Below are positions 32,159 to 33,241 of a stretch of 33,241 nucleotides of DNA, piece after piece (the first letter of the stretch is position 1; each line of letters starts with the position of its first letter). The notes beneath the pieces were generated by a model that did not search any database, was not told the origin of the DNA, and saw only the letters and a list, made by a program, of their open reading frames with translations. The DNA is from an uncultured Dehalococcoidales bacterium (GTDB lineage Bacteria > Chloroflexota > Dehalococcoidia > GIF9 > AB-539-J10): positions 1 to 33,241 of the forward strand of contig CAZQML010000156.1 in NCBI GenBank assembly GCA_964594245.1, read 5' to 3'. Both the position numbers and the translations under genes were made by a program.

Positions 32159-32743
32159 CTAGTTGTAGCGGTTCATTGCAACGTCGAGGCCTTCCAGGAG
32201 AACGCATTCCAGCACATCACCGACCAGCGAGATTGACTCCTGGATGGCAGTCTCCTCTTCCGCAGTGAACCGGCCCAGCACATAGCGGACAAGCGCGTCC
32301 TCGGACCACCGGGAGTAGCCATCGGCATCCGGGTGCCCGATTCCGACGCGGACACGAGGGAACGCCTCAGTGTTCAAGGAGGCAACGATGGACTTCATGC
32401 CGTTGTGCCCTCCAGGTCCTCCCGACGAACGCACGCGGACCTTTCCGATCGGCAGGTCCACATCATCGTAGACCAGTATCAGGTTCTGGGCGGGAATCCG
32501 GTTGGCCCGGACGAGGCAGACTGCGGCCTCGCCGCTGAGATTCATGTATGTCCGTGGTTTCGCGAGCACAACCTCTTTCCCACCAAGCGTCAGCTCGGCG
32601 AGCCTTGACCGGCAGCCGGTGCGCGAGAAGCGCGCCGAGTGCTTCTTCACAAAGTAGTCGACACAGCGGAATCCCACGTTGTGCCTTGTGGACGCATACT
32701 CCTTCCCCGGGTTTCCCAGGCCGATGACAACCGTCGCTCCCAT
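32159..32743 (-). CDS. pth: Peptidyl-tRNA hydrolase
   Basis: GLGNPG..Y..TRHNVGF, KPRTYMNLSG, YDDVDLP, GGHNGMKSI, RVRVGIG. Start reassigned to ATG 32743. Confidence 0.97.
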   Translation of the reverse strand: MGATVVIGLGNPGKEYASTRHNVGFRCVDYFVKKHSARFSRTGCRSRLAELTLGGKEVVLAKPRTYMNLSGEAAVCLVRANRIPAQNLILVYDDVDLPIGKVRVRSSGGPGGHNGMKSIVASLNTEAFPRVRVGIGHPDADGYSRWSEDALVRYVLGRFTAEEETAIQESISLVGDVLECVLLEGLDVAMNRYN

Positions 32744-32755
32744 AGCTATCGCTGC

Positions 32756-32784
32756 ATTATAGTCGAGCACCACCGCATAGCCAA
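32756..32784 (-). promoter_or_regulatory. sigma70-type promoter of the pth-eno-gap operon
   Basis: Minus strand TTGGCT, 17 nt spacer, TATAAT, 12 nt before the pth ATG. Confidence 0.7.
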
Positions 32785-32820
32785 CCACCCGGGCGCCGCG
32801 AAGTCAAGCATCATGTCACC

Positions 32821-32849
32821 TTGACACTGTTCGTAGCGCGAGCTACCAT
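32821..32849 (+). promoter_or_regulatory. Divergent sigma70-type promoter for the ORF at 32958
   Basis: TTGACA (32821-32826), 17 nt spacer, TACCAT (32844-32849). Confidence 0.65.
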
Positions 32850-32957
32850 AGACGAACTGTCAATGAGCCAGATTCAGGTTCATTCGTCCACGGATTCCAG
32901 TTAGCACCCAAGCCCCAGTTTTGAATTCAACATGTCAGTTCACAGGGAGGTTTCTGA

Positions 32958-33241
32958 ATGTTCTACGAAGTCAATGTTCCTGATGCCGGAAAGAACAAGG
33001 TCGCCGCACTCATCACGCTGAACCCCGCCGAGTCGAGACGCCTTATCGCAAAGGCAGTAGTCCAACTGCCGGAGGTCAAGGCTGCCCTCAAGAAAGGCAT
33101 CGTCATCATCGCCCGCGGAGTGACAAGCGCCTACGTCAGCGAGGAGATGTTCAACATCACGGTTGAGCCCAAGGCACAGCAGACGGCCGGCATGGTCGTC
33201 GGCGGCGCCACGAACGTCAACTCTGCACCTCCTCCTTGCAC
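32958..33241 (+). CDS. Conserved hypothetical protein, truncated by the window end (not in the supplied ORF track)
   Basis: SD AGGGAGGT at 32944-32951, then an open frame MFYEVNVPDAGKNKVAALITLNPAESRRLIAKAVVQLPEVKAALKKGIVIIARGVTSAYVSEEMF... to the edge, with typical codon usage. Confidence 0.85.
   Translation, partial: MFYEVNVPDAGKNKVAALITLNPAESRRLIAKAVVQLPEVKAALKKGIVIIARGVTSAYVSEEMFNITVEPKAQQTAGMVVGGATNVNSAPPPC

Noticed and set aside
32901-32927. CIRCE element (TTAGCAC half-site)
   Set aside because: The second arm GAGTGCTAA is absent.

Overview
This is a GC-rich, gene-dense core chromosomal segment, most likely from a Chloroflexota (Dehalococcoidia-like) bacterium. That assignment is inferred from the Atp[13 protein letters not shown]-loop variant, the DnaG Toprim insertion, the RpoD insertion and the gene order. 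Left to right: the 3' end of a V/A-type ATPase operon (A truncated, B, D) followed by an archaeal-type DUF61 gene; rpsP-khpA; a convergent, complete F-type ATP synthase operon (atpBEFHAGDC, no atpI, H+-type c subunit); a DUF151 nuclease; ppsA; dnaG-rpoD-HIT; a five-gene Trk K+ module (trkA-trkH-usp-RCK-RCK); dnaX-recR-recO; an ECF sigma with a DUF5667 anti-sigma; pth-TIGR00725-eno-MBL-gap; and a truncated uncharacterised ORF. I found no rRNA, tRNA, CRISPR array or mobile element. The most interesting signals are two different rotary ATPases about 1.2 kb apart with a DUF61 gene attached to the V/A operon, repeated sigma70-like promoters predicting ultra-short SD-less leaders, and a promoter hidden in recO that gives the K+ transport operon a long structured leader. 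All family calls come from reading motifs by eye; no database search was run.
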